NCBI GenBank assembly: GCA_904420445.1
Contig: CAJFVJ010000003.1
Location: 255,090 to 319,089, forward strand
DNA length: 64,000 nt
Reading direction: 5' to 3'
From: Candidatus Adamsella avium
GTDB taxonomy: Bacteria > Cyanobacteriota > Vampirovibrionia > Gastranaerophilales > CAJFVJ01
Shown: in pieces, positions 28,074 to 35,889 of the stretch
Layout of the letters: each line of letters opens with the position of its first letter
Numbering within the stretch: the stretch's first letter is position 1
Translations under genes and position numbers: made by a program
Notes under the pieces: model-generated
Databases searched by the model: none
Seen by the model: only the letters and a program-made list of their open reading frames with translations
What the model was told of the DNA's origin: nothing

Positions 28074-29036
28074 ATGAAAGAACTGGTAATCGTAAAAAAT
28101 CTTATAAAACATTTTAATGCCTCAAAAGGTCTGTTCAAACCAAAAACAGAAACAATCTACGCTGTGAATAATATATCTTTCTCTATAAATCAAGGAGAAA
28201 CCCTCTCCCTTGTCGGAGAATCAGGCTGCGGAAAATCAACTGTCGGCAAATGCTTGATAGGTCTTGAAAAACCAACCTCCGGAGAAATCATTATTGATGG
28301 TATAAAGACAACAACATCCACAAAAAAAGATATCAAAGAACTGCGAAAAAAAGTTCAAATAATCTTCCAGAACCCTTACTCAAGCCTGAATCCCAAAATG
28401 ACCGTAGAAGAAATTCTCAAAGAACCTTTTATCATAAATACAAATTTATCCAAAACTGAAATAAAAAAAGAACTCTCAACCCTCCTCGATATTACGGGGC
28501 TTTCAACAAACTTTCTTTCCCGCTACCCGCATGAATTTTCAGGAGGTCAAAGACAAAGAATAGGCATCGCCAGAGCTCTTGCACTCCGTCCTGAATTTAT
28601 CATTGCGGATGAACCTGTAAGCGCACTTGATGTCAGCGTTCAAGCACAAATATTAAACCTTCTTCAGGATCTCAAAAAAGAACTCAAACTCACATACCTC
28701 TTCATCTCTCACGACCTTAGCGTCGTTAACTACATAAGCGACAGAATAGCAGTCATGTACCTCGGAGAAATTGTTGAAACCTCCTCTTCAGATGAAATCA
28801 TCCATCACCCCAAACACCCGTATACAAGAATATTACTCGACTCCGCGCCTCATATAAATAAATCAGGTTCAAAAAAAATTATCCTGAAAGGCGACCTGCC
28901 GAGTCCTCAAAACCTGCCTGACGGTTGCAAATTCCACACAAGATGCCCCATGGCTTTTGATAAATGCAGCTCTATAGAACCTCAGTTCAAACTTCTTGAA
29001 AACAACCACTGCGTCAAATGCCATCTCTATGGCTAA
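28074..29036 (+). CDS. Oligopeptide/dipeptide-type ABC transporter ATP-binding protein (OppF/DppF-like), orphan
   Basis: 320 aa. It has Walker A GESGCGKST, the signature FSGGQRQR and a C-terminal oligopeptide-type extension. No permease or binding protein is nearby. Confidence 0.9.
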   Translation: MKELVIVKNLIKHFNASKGLFKPKTETIYAVNNISFSINQGETLSLVGESGCGKSTVGKCLIGLEKPTSGEIIIDGIKTTTSTKKDIKELRKKVQIIFQNPYSSLNPKMTVEEILKEPFIINTNLSKTEIKKELSTLLDITGLSTNFLSRYPHEFSGGQRQRIGIARALALRPEFIIADEPVSALDVSVQAQILNLLQDLKKELKLTYLFISHDLSVVNYISDRIAVMYLGEIVETSSSDEIIHHPKHPYTRILLDSAPHINKSGSKKIILKGDLPSPQNLPDGCKFHTRCPMAFDKCSSIEPQFKLLENNHCVKCHLYG

Positions 29037-29157
29037 GGGATGAGTTTGTATCAAATTTTTAATATACAAAAAAAATCTAGCAACTTTCCTTATTTTTGTA
29101 TTTAGTAATATTAAAAATAAAAATATGTGTGTGAATACTGGACAAGGAATGCTTAAT

Positions 29158-29469
29158 ATGTCAAATTTATCAATCAGGATGCCCCAACATATTGATAAAC
29201 CCATCAACGTCATGAGCGAAAAAGCCTTAAGAGAAATGGCTTATGAAAAAGGGGCCAAAGCTCTCGAAAGCCTTGGATTACCCGGCGACCTTCTATCTCC
29301 AAACAATTTACAAAAAGCAGAATCATCATCAAAACCTATTTTAAAAAAACTTCTTACCAAAAATAATCTCTTCAACATTGGAAGAATTTCTTTTCTCGGA
29401 GCTACTGCAGCAATCCTTGCAAAATACATATATAATACTTGCCAACAATCAAATAACACGCTATCCTAA
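29158..29469 (+). CDS. Hypothetical tail-anchored membrane protein, paralog A
   Basis: The track ORF is 29125..29469. The start is moved to ATG 29158 (AAGGAA, then 8 nt), so the product begins MSNLSIRMP...INVMSEKA. This aligns with the start of 29569..29868. It has a C-terminal hydrophobic segment. Confidence 0.6.
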   Translation: MSNLSIRMPQHIDKPINVMSEKALREMAYEKGAKALESLGLPGDLLSPNNLQKAESSSKPILKKLLTKNNLFNIGRISFLGATAAILAKYIYNTCQQSNNTLS

Positions 29470-29568
29470 ATATTAAAAAATATTAATCTCTGAAAAAAAT
29501 ATAACAATTTTTTTTATGTTCGTTTTTTAAATATACATCAAATGAAAGAAATATAAGTGGAGGTAAAA

Positions 29569-29868
29569 ATGTCTGATTTAAAAATCAATTTTCCGGTTAA
29601 AGTTCCTCAAGGCTTAAATGTTATGAGCAATGAAGCAAGAACAAAGACCATCCGTGATATAGAATCAAAAGTACTTGATGATATGGGATTGCCAAAGGAT
29701 ACGTTTAGCCAAACAAAAGCTTCAAAATCTAAAGTTTCTCAATTTTTAGAAAACGTGAAAGGAAATAAAATTCTTACAAAAAGAAATGCATTGATTGCTG
29801 CAGGGGTTGCTATCGTTGGTATAGCAGCAGGTGCAATAGCAAAACATATTCACAACAAAAAAGCATAA
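29569..29868 (+). CDS. Hypothetical tail-anchored membrane protein, paralog B
   Basis: The start is ATG 29569 after GGAGG; the track's GTG at 29557 is rejected. The product reads MSDLKINFP...LNVMSNEA...MGLPKD, and ends in the TM anchor ALIAAGVAIVGIAAGAIAKHIHNKKA. Confidence 0.65.
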   Translation: MSDLKINFPVKVPQGLNVMSNEARTKTIRDIESKVLDDMGLPKDTFSQTKASKSKVSQFLENVKGNKILTKRNALIAAGVAIVGIAAGAIAKHIHNKKA

Positions 29869-29891
29869 TTAACTTTTGATAAAAAATACAA

Positions 29892-29925
29892 AAAGCAAGC
29901 TTATTTAAATAAGCTTGCTTTTTTA
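29892..29925 (+). terminator. Rho-independent terminator
   Basis: Palindrome agcaagcttattt / aaataagcttgct, followed by TTTTTT. Confidence 0.8.
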
Positions 29926-30070
29926 TTACAAAATATTAAACTCATAAATCCCCTATTCATAAGCCTTTTATAAATTTTATATACTTTTTAGGCAATCATT
30001 TTAATCAAATTGTTTTTATACAAATATAGGGTTATAGAGTTACTATTATTATTTTTATAGGGGACAAGTT

Positions 30071-31444
30071 ATGACATCAGTAAATGGTTATTCAAATTAT
30101 TCACAAACAGGCATGTATATTCCTTCTTACATGCAAACACCCGGGACAACAACCACAACAACAAACACAACAACTACAACGACTTCTGAGAAAAAAGACG
30201 GAGTAGGAATGGGAACAGTCCTTCTTGCAGGTGCCGCAATTCTTGGAGGTATAATTACCTTTAAAAACGGAGGTCTGAAGAATACCTTCAAACAAATCGG
30301 GAAATTATTCGGCAAAAACGCAGATGACGCAGCCAAAAATCTGAACCTGCTCGAAAAAGGCAAAGCTCTTCTGAAAGGGACAAATCCAAACAAAGGCACT
30401 GACGCAGTAGGAGAAGCTCTTTCTGCAGCAGCAGGGAAAACTGAAAAAGCAAAATGGTCTGAAACCCTGGGCGATATGTACAAAAGTATAAAAAATAAAT
30501 TTACAACAAAATCTAATACTGATGATATAGCTCAAGAAGCAGCAAAAAGAACAGCAAATGAACAGGCAGCAAAAGAATTTGCTGAACAAAGCCAAAAAGA
30601 ATATTTCGGCAGAGTTGACCAAACAACAGGAAAATCCGCCCAAGAAAGTGCAGCTGTTTTCGAAGCAGCAGAAAGAAAAGCCAATAAACAGGCAGCAAAA
30701 GCAGCTGCTGAACAAAGTCAGAAAGAATATTTCGGCATAGTAGACCAAACAACGGGAAAATCCGCTCAAGAAAGCGCAGCAGTATTTGAAGCAGCAGAAA
30801 GAACAGCTAATGAACAGGCAGCAAAAGAATTTGCTGAACAAAGTCAGAAAAAATATTTCGGCATAGTAGACCAAACAACGGGAAAATCCGCTCAAGAAAG
30901 CGCCGATGTATTTAAGGCTAACGATGCAAAAGTTTCTCTACAACACAATAAAGCAGATGCAAAAGAAGCAATCGCAAAATATGGAAAAGATTCTGTGGAA
31001 GGTAAAGAAGCTGCCAGAGACCTTGCTAGAATTGAAGAACTTGAAAATGCACAAAAATCAGCTGATAAAATAGCACAAGAAGCGGCAGAAAGAACAGCCA
31101 ATGAACAAGCAGCAAAAGCAGCAGCAGAACAAAGTCAGAAAGAATATTTCGGCAGAGTAGACCAAACAACAGGAAAATCAGCTAAAGAAAGTGCAGCAGT
31201 ATTTGAAGAAGCTGCCGAAAAAGCAAAAGTGTCTCTCCAACAAAGGAAAACAGAAGCAGAAGCAACAATCGCCCAATATGGCAAAGACTCTATAGAAGGT
31301 AAAGAAGCTGCCAGAGACTTAGTAAAAATAGAAAACGAACTTAAAAACTATACAACAACATCACAACCAACAAATATACAAGAAATACTTGATGAAATTG
31401 CACAGGAAGAACAAATTGCAGACTTAAGACAAGCAGGCAGATAA
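30071..31444 (+). CDS. Repeat-rich membrane-anchored protein (poly-Thr tract, Gly/Ala TM helix, 42-aa repeats)
   Basis: 457 aa. The N-terminus contains TTTTTTNTTTTTT and then the TM segment GMGTVLLAGAAILGGII. There are four copies of R(T/K)AN(E/K)QAAK..AEQSQKEYFG.VDQTTGKSAQESAAVFE and two copies of a second repeat of about 40 aa (KVSLQ...YGKDS.EGKEAARDL). Confidence 0.75.
   Translation: MTSVNGYSNYSQTGMYIPSYMQTPGTTTTTTNTTTTTTSEKKDGVGMGTVLLAGAAILGGIITFKNGGLKNTFKQIGKLFGKNADDAAKNLNLLEKGKALLKGTNPNKGTDAVGEALSAAAGKTEKAKWSETLGDMYKSIKNKFTTKSNTDDIAQEAAKRTANEQAAKEFAEQSQKEYFGRVDQTTGKSAQESAAVFEAAERKANKQAAKAAAEQSQKEYFGIVDQTTGKSAQESAAVFEAAERTANEQAAKEFAEQSQKKYFGIVDQTTGKSAQESADVFKANDAKVSLQHNKADAKEAIAKYGKDSVEGKEAARDLARIEELENAQKSADKIAQEAAERTANEQAAKAAAEQSQKEYFGRVDQTTGKSAKESAAVFEEAAEKAKVSLQQRKTEAEATIAQYGKDSIEGKEAARDLVKIENELKNYTTTSQPTNIQEILDEIAQEEQIADLRQAGR
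30548..30925 (+). repeat. Three tandem 126-bp coding repeats (a fourth dispersed copy at about 31090-31215)
   Basis: The period is 126 nt, read from recurring ...aacaggcagcaaaag...gaatatttcggc... at about 30548, 30674 and 30800. Copies 2 and 3 are nearly identical at the DNA level. Confidence 0.85.
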
Positions 31445-31460
31445 ATACAAAATACAACAA

Positions 31461-31490
31461 AAAAGCCACCTTAAAACGGTGGCTTTTTTG
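31461..31490. terminator. Bidirectional terminator
   Basis: Stem agccacc / ggtggct, flanked by an A-run and a T-run. Confidence 0.8.
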
Positions 31491-31501
31491 TTGCAATAAT
31501 C

Positions 31502-32509
31502 TCAACAACTCATAAGTTTCTTATTATCATCAACTGCCGTATACAAAACAGTATCAACGGCAGTTGTTCCTTTTTTGACAACACCGTTCACAACTATCAC
31601 ACTCTTGAGATGAACATCATCTTCTATCACCGAACCATCCCAGAGAATGCAGTTGTTCAAAGTCACATTCTTCCCGACCTTGCAGCCCCTTCCGATAATA
31701 TTACCTCCAAGGAGTTTGACATCATCACCAAGAACGCTTCCATCTCCAATAAGATGCTCATCTTCAACGCTGACGCCTATGTTGACGTGTGAGTTCAAAA
31801 TATCAATAGACGACTGGCGATACTGGGCAATTGTCCCGATATCACTCCAGTATCCGTCTATAACATAAGTATTTATCGGAATATTTTTCTCAAGCATAGA
31901 AGGAAATACATTCTTTGCAAAATCATAAAAACATCCCTGAGGTATTAACTTGAAAATATCAGACCTGAAAACATAAATTCCCGTGTTGATTAAATTGCTC
32001 TTTGCCTCTTCAACAGGAGGTTTCTCCTGAAACTCACTCACAAATCCGTCCCCGTCAACAACAACAACCCCGAAGTTGCTTGTCTTGCTGTGAGGAACAT
32101 ATGTCAAAGCCATGGTTGCAACAGCTCCGCTGCTTTCATGGGCTTCAAAAAGTTCGTCAAAGTTAATATCCGTAAGCCCATCCCCGCTCATCACAAGAAA
32201 ATTCTCTTCATCCTTGAAGAAAAATTCACATTTTTTCACTCCGCCTGCAGTACCAGAGAGAGTTTCTTCCTGAATATAAGAAAATTTTATATTTGTAGGA
32301 TTATTCTCCGTATATCTTTTCTGTATCTGTTCTGCAAGACAATATGTATTCGCTATAACTTCTTTTATACCGCATTCTTCAAGTTCTTCCATAATAAAAT
32401 CCATAAGCGGCTTGTTTGCAATAGGTATCAACGGCTTTGGAACATTTTTTGTGAGCGGATCCAACCTCGACCCGACTCCTGCAGCCATTATCATTGCTTT
32501 ATTAATCAC
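31502..32509 (-). CDS. NDP-sugar pyrophosphorylase (nucleotidyltransferase plus C-terminal left-handed beta-helix; GMPP/RmlA-like)
   Basis: 335 aa. It has the N-terminal loop MIMAAGVGSRLDPLTKNVPKPL and C-terminal hexapeptide-like repeats. Confidence 0.85.
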   Translation of the reverse strand: MINKAMIMAAGVGSRLDPLTKNVPKPLIPIANKPLMDFIMEELEECGIKEVIANTYCLAEQIQKRYTENNPTNIKFSYIQEETLSGTAGGVKKCEFFFKDEENFLVMSGDGLTDINFDELFEAHESSGAVATMALTYVPHSKTSNFGVVVVDGDGFVSEFQEKPPVEEAKSNLINTGIYVFRSDIFKLIPQGCFYDFAKNVFPSMLEKNIPINTYVIDGYWSDIGTIAQYRQSSIDILNSHVNIGVSVEDEHLIGDGSVLGDDVKLLGGNIIGRGCKVGKNVTLNNCILWDGSVIEDDVHLKSVIVVNGVVKKGTTAVDTVLYTAVDDNKKLMSC

Positions 32510-32530
32510 AGTACATTCCCCATTCGTTTT

Positions 32531-32707
32531 TTACTTAAACTCAGCCTTATTCTGGAATAACTCCTGCTGCGGTCTGTTTGAATTGAATTCTTTTTGATTA
32601 TTCTGGCTGATTTTCTCTCCGAAAAATTGCAATATTGCAATAGAAATACCTGATATAAGCAATAAGATAATGATATATTCTATTATATTGTTCGGTGTTT
32701 TTTTCAT
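32531..32707 (-). CDS. Small membrane protein with an Flp-pilin-like N-terminus (58 aa)
   Basis: The track ORF is 32531..32782. I prefer the internal ATG 32707 after AGAGGAAG. The product MKKTPNNIIEYIIILLLISGISIAILQFFGEKISQ... has an IEY-plus-hydrophobic-helix pattern like the Flp GxxxxEY motif, but it lacks the Gly. Confidence 0.35.
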   Translation of the reverse strand: MKKTPNNIIEYIIILLLISGISIAILQFFGEKISQNNQKEFNSNRPQQELFQNKAEFK

Positions 32708-32877
32708 CCGTTCTTCCTCTTTTCTGATGATATACAGAAATATCAACAATAATAAATAGCATAAAAAGATTTTATTTAGCAAAACATCATGCTATATTTT
32801 TAATATGTTTACTATAACCCGTTAAGCATAAATTTTTCAACCTTTAATTTTATTTTTGATAACAAACTGCAAAAACC

Positions 32878-33285
32878 ATGAAAAAATTGAACACAGACCC
32901 CATAAAAACAGAAAAGAGAAAACAGGATAGAATCAGGAGATACGAAAAAAAAGCGTATTACTCCTTTGCCACAATTATCCTTCTCATAGGTATCATCATC
33001 GTTTCAAGAAGTCTGTATCTTAATGTAAAAAAATATTTTACTTACAGCGAACAGCTCTCTCAGCTCGAAGAAATTCACTCTGAACAAACAGAAAGAAACG
33101 AAAAACTCAAATCAGAAATAAAACAATTCAACACCCTCGAAGGAATTGAATCTATTGCAAGAAACAAGCTAAAAATGGCTGAAGAAGATGAAGTTCTCGT
33201 AATAATCAAGAAAAATAAACCTGCTGAGGAAAAAAATAAAAAAACTAAACAAGAAAAAAGCTCCTATTTGAACGGAGCCGAATAA
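32878..33285 (+). CDS. Septum formation initiator (FtsB/DivIC family)
   Basis: 135 aa. It has a single TM helix, a coiled coil, and the family block GIESIARNKLKMAEEDEVLVI. Confidence 0.7.
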   Translation: MKKLNTDPIKTEKRKQDRIRRYEKKAYYSFATIILLIGIIIVSRSLYLNVKKYFTYSEQLSQLEEIHSEQTERNEKLKSEIKQFNTLEGIESIARNKLKMAEEDEVLVIIKKNKPAEEKNKKTKQEKSSYLNGAE

Positions 33286-33322
33286 AAAATATAAATCAGA
33301 CCTCTACAATCTCCATAGAGCG

Positions 33323-33475
33323 TTATTTGACCGCCACAAGGCGCGGAGTCATCCCCATCTCGCTCTGCAACATTTTTACATTGGCATAGGCCATTGAACG
33401 TCTTTTTTTTGCACCTCTGAGTATAAATCTTACGCCATCTGAAACATTTGATGATGGAATTTTGCTTTTGAACAT
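33323..33475 (-). CDS. Small basic hypothetical protein (50 aa, below the ORF-track cutoff)
   Basis: Hand translation: MFKSKIPSSNVSDGVRFILRGAKKRRSMAYANVKMLQSEMGMTPRLVAVK. An RBS AAGAGG lies 9 nt upstream. The segment is locally GC-richer than its flanks. Confidence 0.3.
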   Translation of the reverse strand: MFKSKIPSSNVSDGVRFILRGAKKRRSMAYANVKMLQSEMGMTPRLVAVK

Positions 33476-33680
33476 TTTACTAAACCTCTTAAAAAACGAC
33501 CGACTGTTTTTTCCTTATGAATTTTCTATCGTCACATTTTCAGAAAAACTTTAATTTAAAATACATAATAATTTTCGACAAACATCATAAACCCTTGCCA
33601 TAATTGAATATAATCGTTTTTATATTTCTTAACATTACAAAAAAATTAAAAAAAACTTAAAAAAATAAATATAAAAATAT

Positions 33681-33713
33681 ATACAGTTATATAATTTCAT
33701 AATATAACTGTAT
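33681..33713. promoter_or_regulatory. Perfect 12-bp inverted repeat (candidate operator) upstream of the flavodoxin-rubredoxin / FDP operon
   Basis: Arms atacagttatat (33681-33692) and atataactgtat (33702-33713) with a 9-nt spacer. It ends 30 nt before the ATG at 33744. Confidence 0.4.
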
Positions 33714-33743
33714 GTGTATAAATAGGTAGGTGAGGGCAAAAAG

Positions 33744-34556
33744 ATGACCAAAATAGCCATAATTTATCACAGCGGACGGGGACATACAAAAAGACTTGCA
33801 ACGGCTGTTTTAAACGGCTGCTTATCGATAAACGGTATCGAGGCAAAACTTATTGATGTCGAACATGTAAAAGAAAATATGGATTTTATCAATGAGTCCT
33901 CTGCTCTTATTTTTGGAAGCCCGACCTACATGGGGTCTGTATCAGCCCCCTTCAAGCAATTTATGGATGATACCTCAAAAATATGGCTCAAACAGGAATG
34001 GTCAAACAAACTTGCCGCAGGTTTTGTCAACTCCGGCTGGCCAAGCGGCGATAAGTTTAACACAATGCTACAGCTCTCGGTTTTTGCCGCACAACACGGG
34101 ATGATATGGGTAAACCCTGCAATAATCCCAGGAAACCTTTCAAAAGACCCGTCAAAAAAAGACATTAACAGACTAGGGAGCTTCTTAGGCGTTATGTCTA
34201 TGGCAGAGTTCAGTGCTTCCTGCGAAAAAGAACCGCCTGAAGGCGATATGCAAACAGCGGAATTACTCGGAAAAAGAGTAGCAAAAGCTGCAACTATATG
34301 GTCTAATGGGTTAAATAATACAAAAATTCAAGAGAATGATACAATGGAAACAAACTCTCAATCGGATACTACAAAAGAAGAAGGAGAAAAGAATATGAAA
34401 AAATATGTTTGTACAGTATGCAACTACGTATATGACCCTGCTGTAGGCGACCCTGATAACGGCATAGCCCCAGGCACAGCTTTTGAAGATATTCCGGAAG
34501 ACTGGGTATGCCCTCTCTGCGGTGTAGGTAAAGATCAATTTGAAGTTGAGGAATAA
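33744..34556 (+). CDS. Flavodoxin-like (WrbA-type) / rubredoxin fusion protein
   Basis: 270 aa. The N-terminus is a flavodoxin fold ([17 protein letters not shown]...FGSPTYMG). The C-terminus is a rubredoxin ([10 protein letters not shown]...WVCPLCG). Confidence 0.85.
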   Translation: MTKIAIIYHSGRGHTKRLATAVLNGCLSINGIEAKLIDVEHVKENMDFINESSALIFGSPTYMGSVSAPFKQFMDDTSKIWLKQEWSNKLAAGFVNSGWPSGDKFNTMLQLSVFAAQHGMIWVNPAIIPGNLSKDPSKKDINRLGSFLGVMSMAEFSASCEKEPPEGDMQTAELLGKRVAKAATIWSNGLNNTKIQENDTMETNSQSDTTKEEGEKNMKKYVCTVCNYVYDPAVGDPDNGIAPGTAFEDIPEDWVCPLCGVGKDQFEVEE

Positions 34557-35731
34557 TGAAAAAGATTACTGAGAATATATTTTACTGCGGAGTCGAACAT
34601 CATGACAGAAGACTGTTCGACCAGCTTGTCCCGCTGCCATGCGGTACAACATACAACTCTTACCTTGTCAAAGGCAGTGAAAAAACAGCATTAATTGACA
34701 CAGTTTATCCTGAAAAAGCTGAAGAATTAATTAATAAGCTAAAAGAAGCAGGCATAAACAAAATAGATTATATAATCTGCAACCATGGCGAGCAGGATCA
34801 CTCCGGTTCTTTGAACGAAATTCTAGAACTCTATCCTGCTGCAACCGTCGTGACAAATGCAAAATGTAAAGAGTTTATCATGGAAATGCTCCATGTTGAT
34901 GAATCAAAATTCAAAGTAATAACTGACCAGGAAACACTATCTTTAGGCAATGTTACTCTGCAATTTTTGATATCACCATGGGTGCACTGGCCTGATACAA
35001 TGTTCACCTATGTGGTGGAAGATAAAGCCCTGTTCACAACGGACTTTCTCGGTGCTCACTACCCGACAAGCGAAAAGAATATAGACAAAAGCGGAGATAA
35101 AGAACTGACAGAAGCAGCAAAACGCTATTACGCAGAAATTATGATGCCTTTCAGATCTTTCTGCGCAAAATACGTCAAAAAAATCAGAGATTTGAACGTA
35201 AAATACCTGCTTCCAAGCCATGGACCTTACTATTCAAATCCTGACTTCATTCTTGATACTTACGAAGAATGGACATCAGATACTCCCAAAAATCTGGTCG
35301 TCATCCCGTATGTTTCTATGTATGGAAGCACTGAGCTGCTTGTTGACTACCTCAAACAATCGCTTGAAGAAAAAGGCGTCGAAGTTAAGCTCTTTGACCT
35401 CGTAAAATCAGATGTCGGAGAACTTGCTATGGAACTTGTTGATGCAGCAACCATCGTTGTCGGAACATCAATGGTTCTTGCAGGTCCTCACCCTTCGGCC
35501 ATAAACGGAGCTTATCTCATTAATGCTCTCCGCCCTAAAGCAAAATACTTCTCTGTCGTCGGTTCTTACGGCTGGGGAGGAAATATGGAAAACAAACTGG
35601 CTGAAATATTGGGCAACCTGAAAGTCGAAAAACTCGACTCTGTCATAATCAAAGGAAAACCGACAAATGATGACTTTATCAAAGTCGATGAACTGGCAGA
35701 GAAAATAGCTGAAAAACATAAATCATTATAA
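34556..35731 (+). CDS. Flavodiiron protein (FprA / rubredoxin:oxygen oxidoreductase type)
   Basis: 391 aa. It has a metallo-beta-lactamase-like diiron motif (NHGEQDHSGS) and a C-terminal flavodoxin domain. An ATGA overlap joins it to the upstream gene. Confidence 0.9.
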   Translation: MKKITENIFYCGVEHHDRRLFDQLVPLPCGTTYNSYLVKGSEKTALIDTVYPEKAEELINKLKEAGINKIDYIICNHGEQDHSGSLNEILELYPAATVVTNAKCKEFIMEMLHVDESKFKVITDQETLSLGNVTLQFLISPWVHWPDTMFTYVVEDKALFTTDFLGAHYPTSEKNIDKSGDKELTEAAKRYYAEIMMPFRSFCAKYVKKIRDLNVKYLLPSHGPYYSNPDFILDTYEEWTSDTPKNLVVIPYVSMYGSTELLVDYLKQSLEEKGVEVKLFDLVKSDVGELAMELVDAATIVVGTSMVLAGPHPSAINGAYLINALRPKAKYFSVVGSYGWGGNMENKLAEILGNLKVEKLDSVIIKGKPTNDDFIKVDELAEKIAEKHKSL

Positions 35732-35746
35732 ATTGACATTATGAAG

Positions 35747-35782
35747 CAAAAACCGGAACAGCAAATTGTTCCGGTTTTTTGT
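35747..35782 (+). terminator. Rho-independent terminator of the FDP operon
   Basis: Stem aaccggaaca / tgttccggtt, followed by a T-run. Confidence 0.8.
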
Positions 35783-35791
35783 TTACCAAAT

Positions 35792-35814
35792 AAAAAAGAC
35801 CCGATTCAGGGTCT
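35792..35814 (-). terminator. Terminator of hairpin-protein paralog 3
   Basis: The minus strand reads agaccctgaatcgggtcttttttat. Confidence 0.65.
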
Positions 35815-35889
35815 AAAAAGAGGGTTATTAATTCAGAGGATATTATCTAGAGGATATTTTTACTTAGTTATATTATTTAATGCTTGAAA

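Noticed and set aside
29078-29087. The TAGCAACTTT decamer shared by 17481 and 29078 as the -35 element of an RpoE-like ECF promoter (GGAACTT-like).
   Set aside because: Spacing to the downstream T-rich motif differs (22 versus about 14 nt) and no consistent -10 could be aligned. I keep it only as a side note within the motif finding.
30101-31101. Minus-strand ORFs inside the repeat-protein gene (for example 30305..30895, 196 aa, Cys/Phe-rich) and a plus-strand alternative frame at 30558..30740.
   Set aside because: They mirror the periodic coding repeats of 30071..31444. Their composition is unnatural (CCLFI... runs) and they have no RBS, so they are antisense or alternate-frame artefacts.
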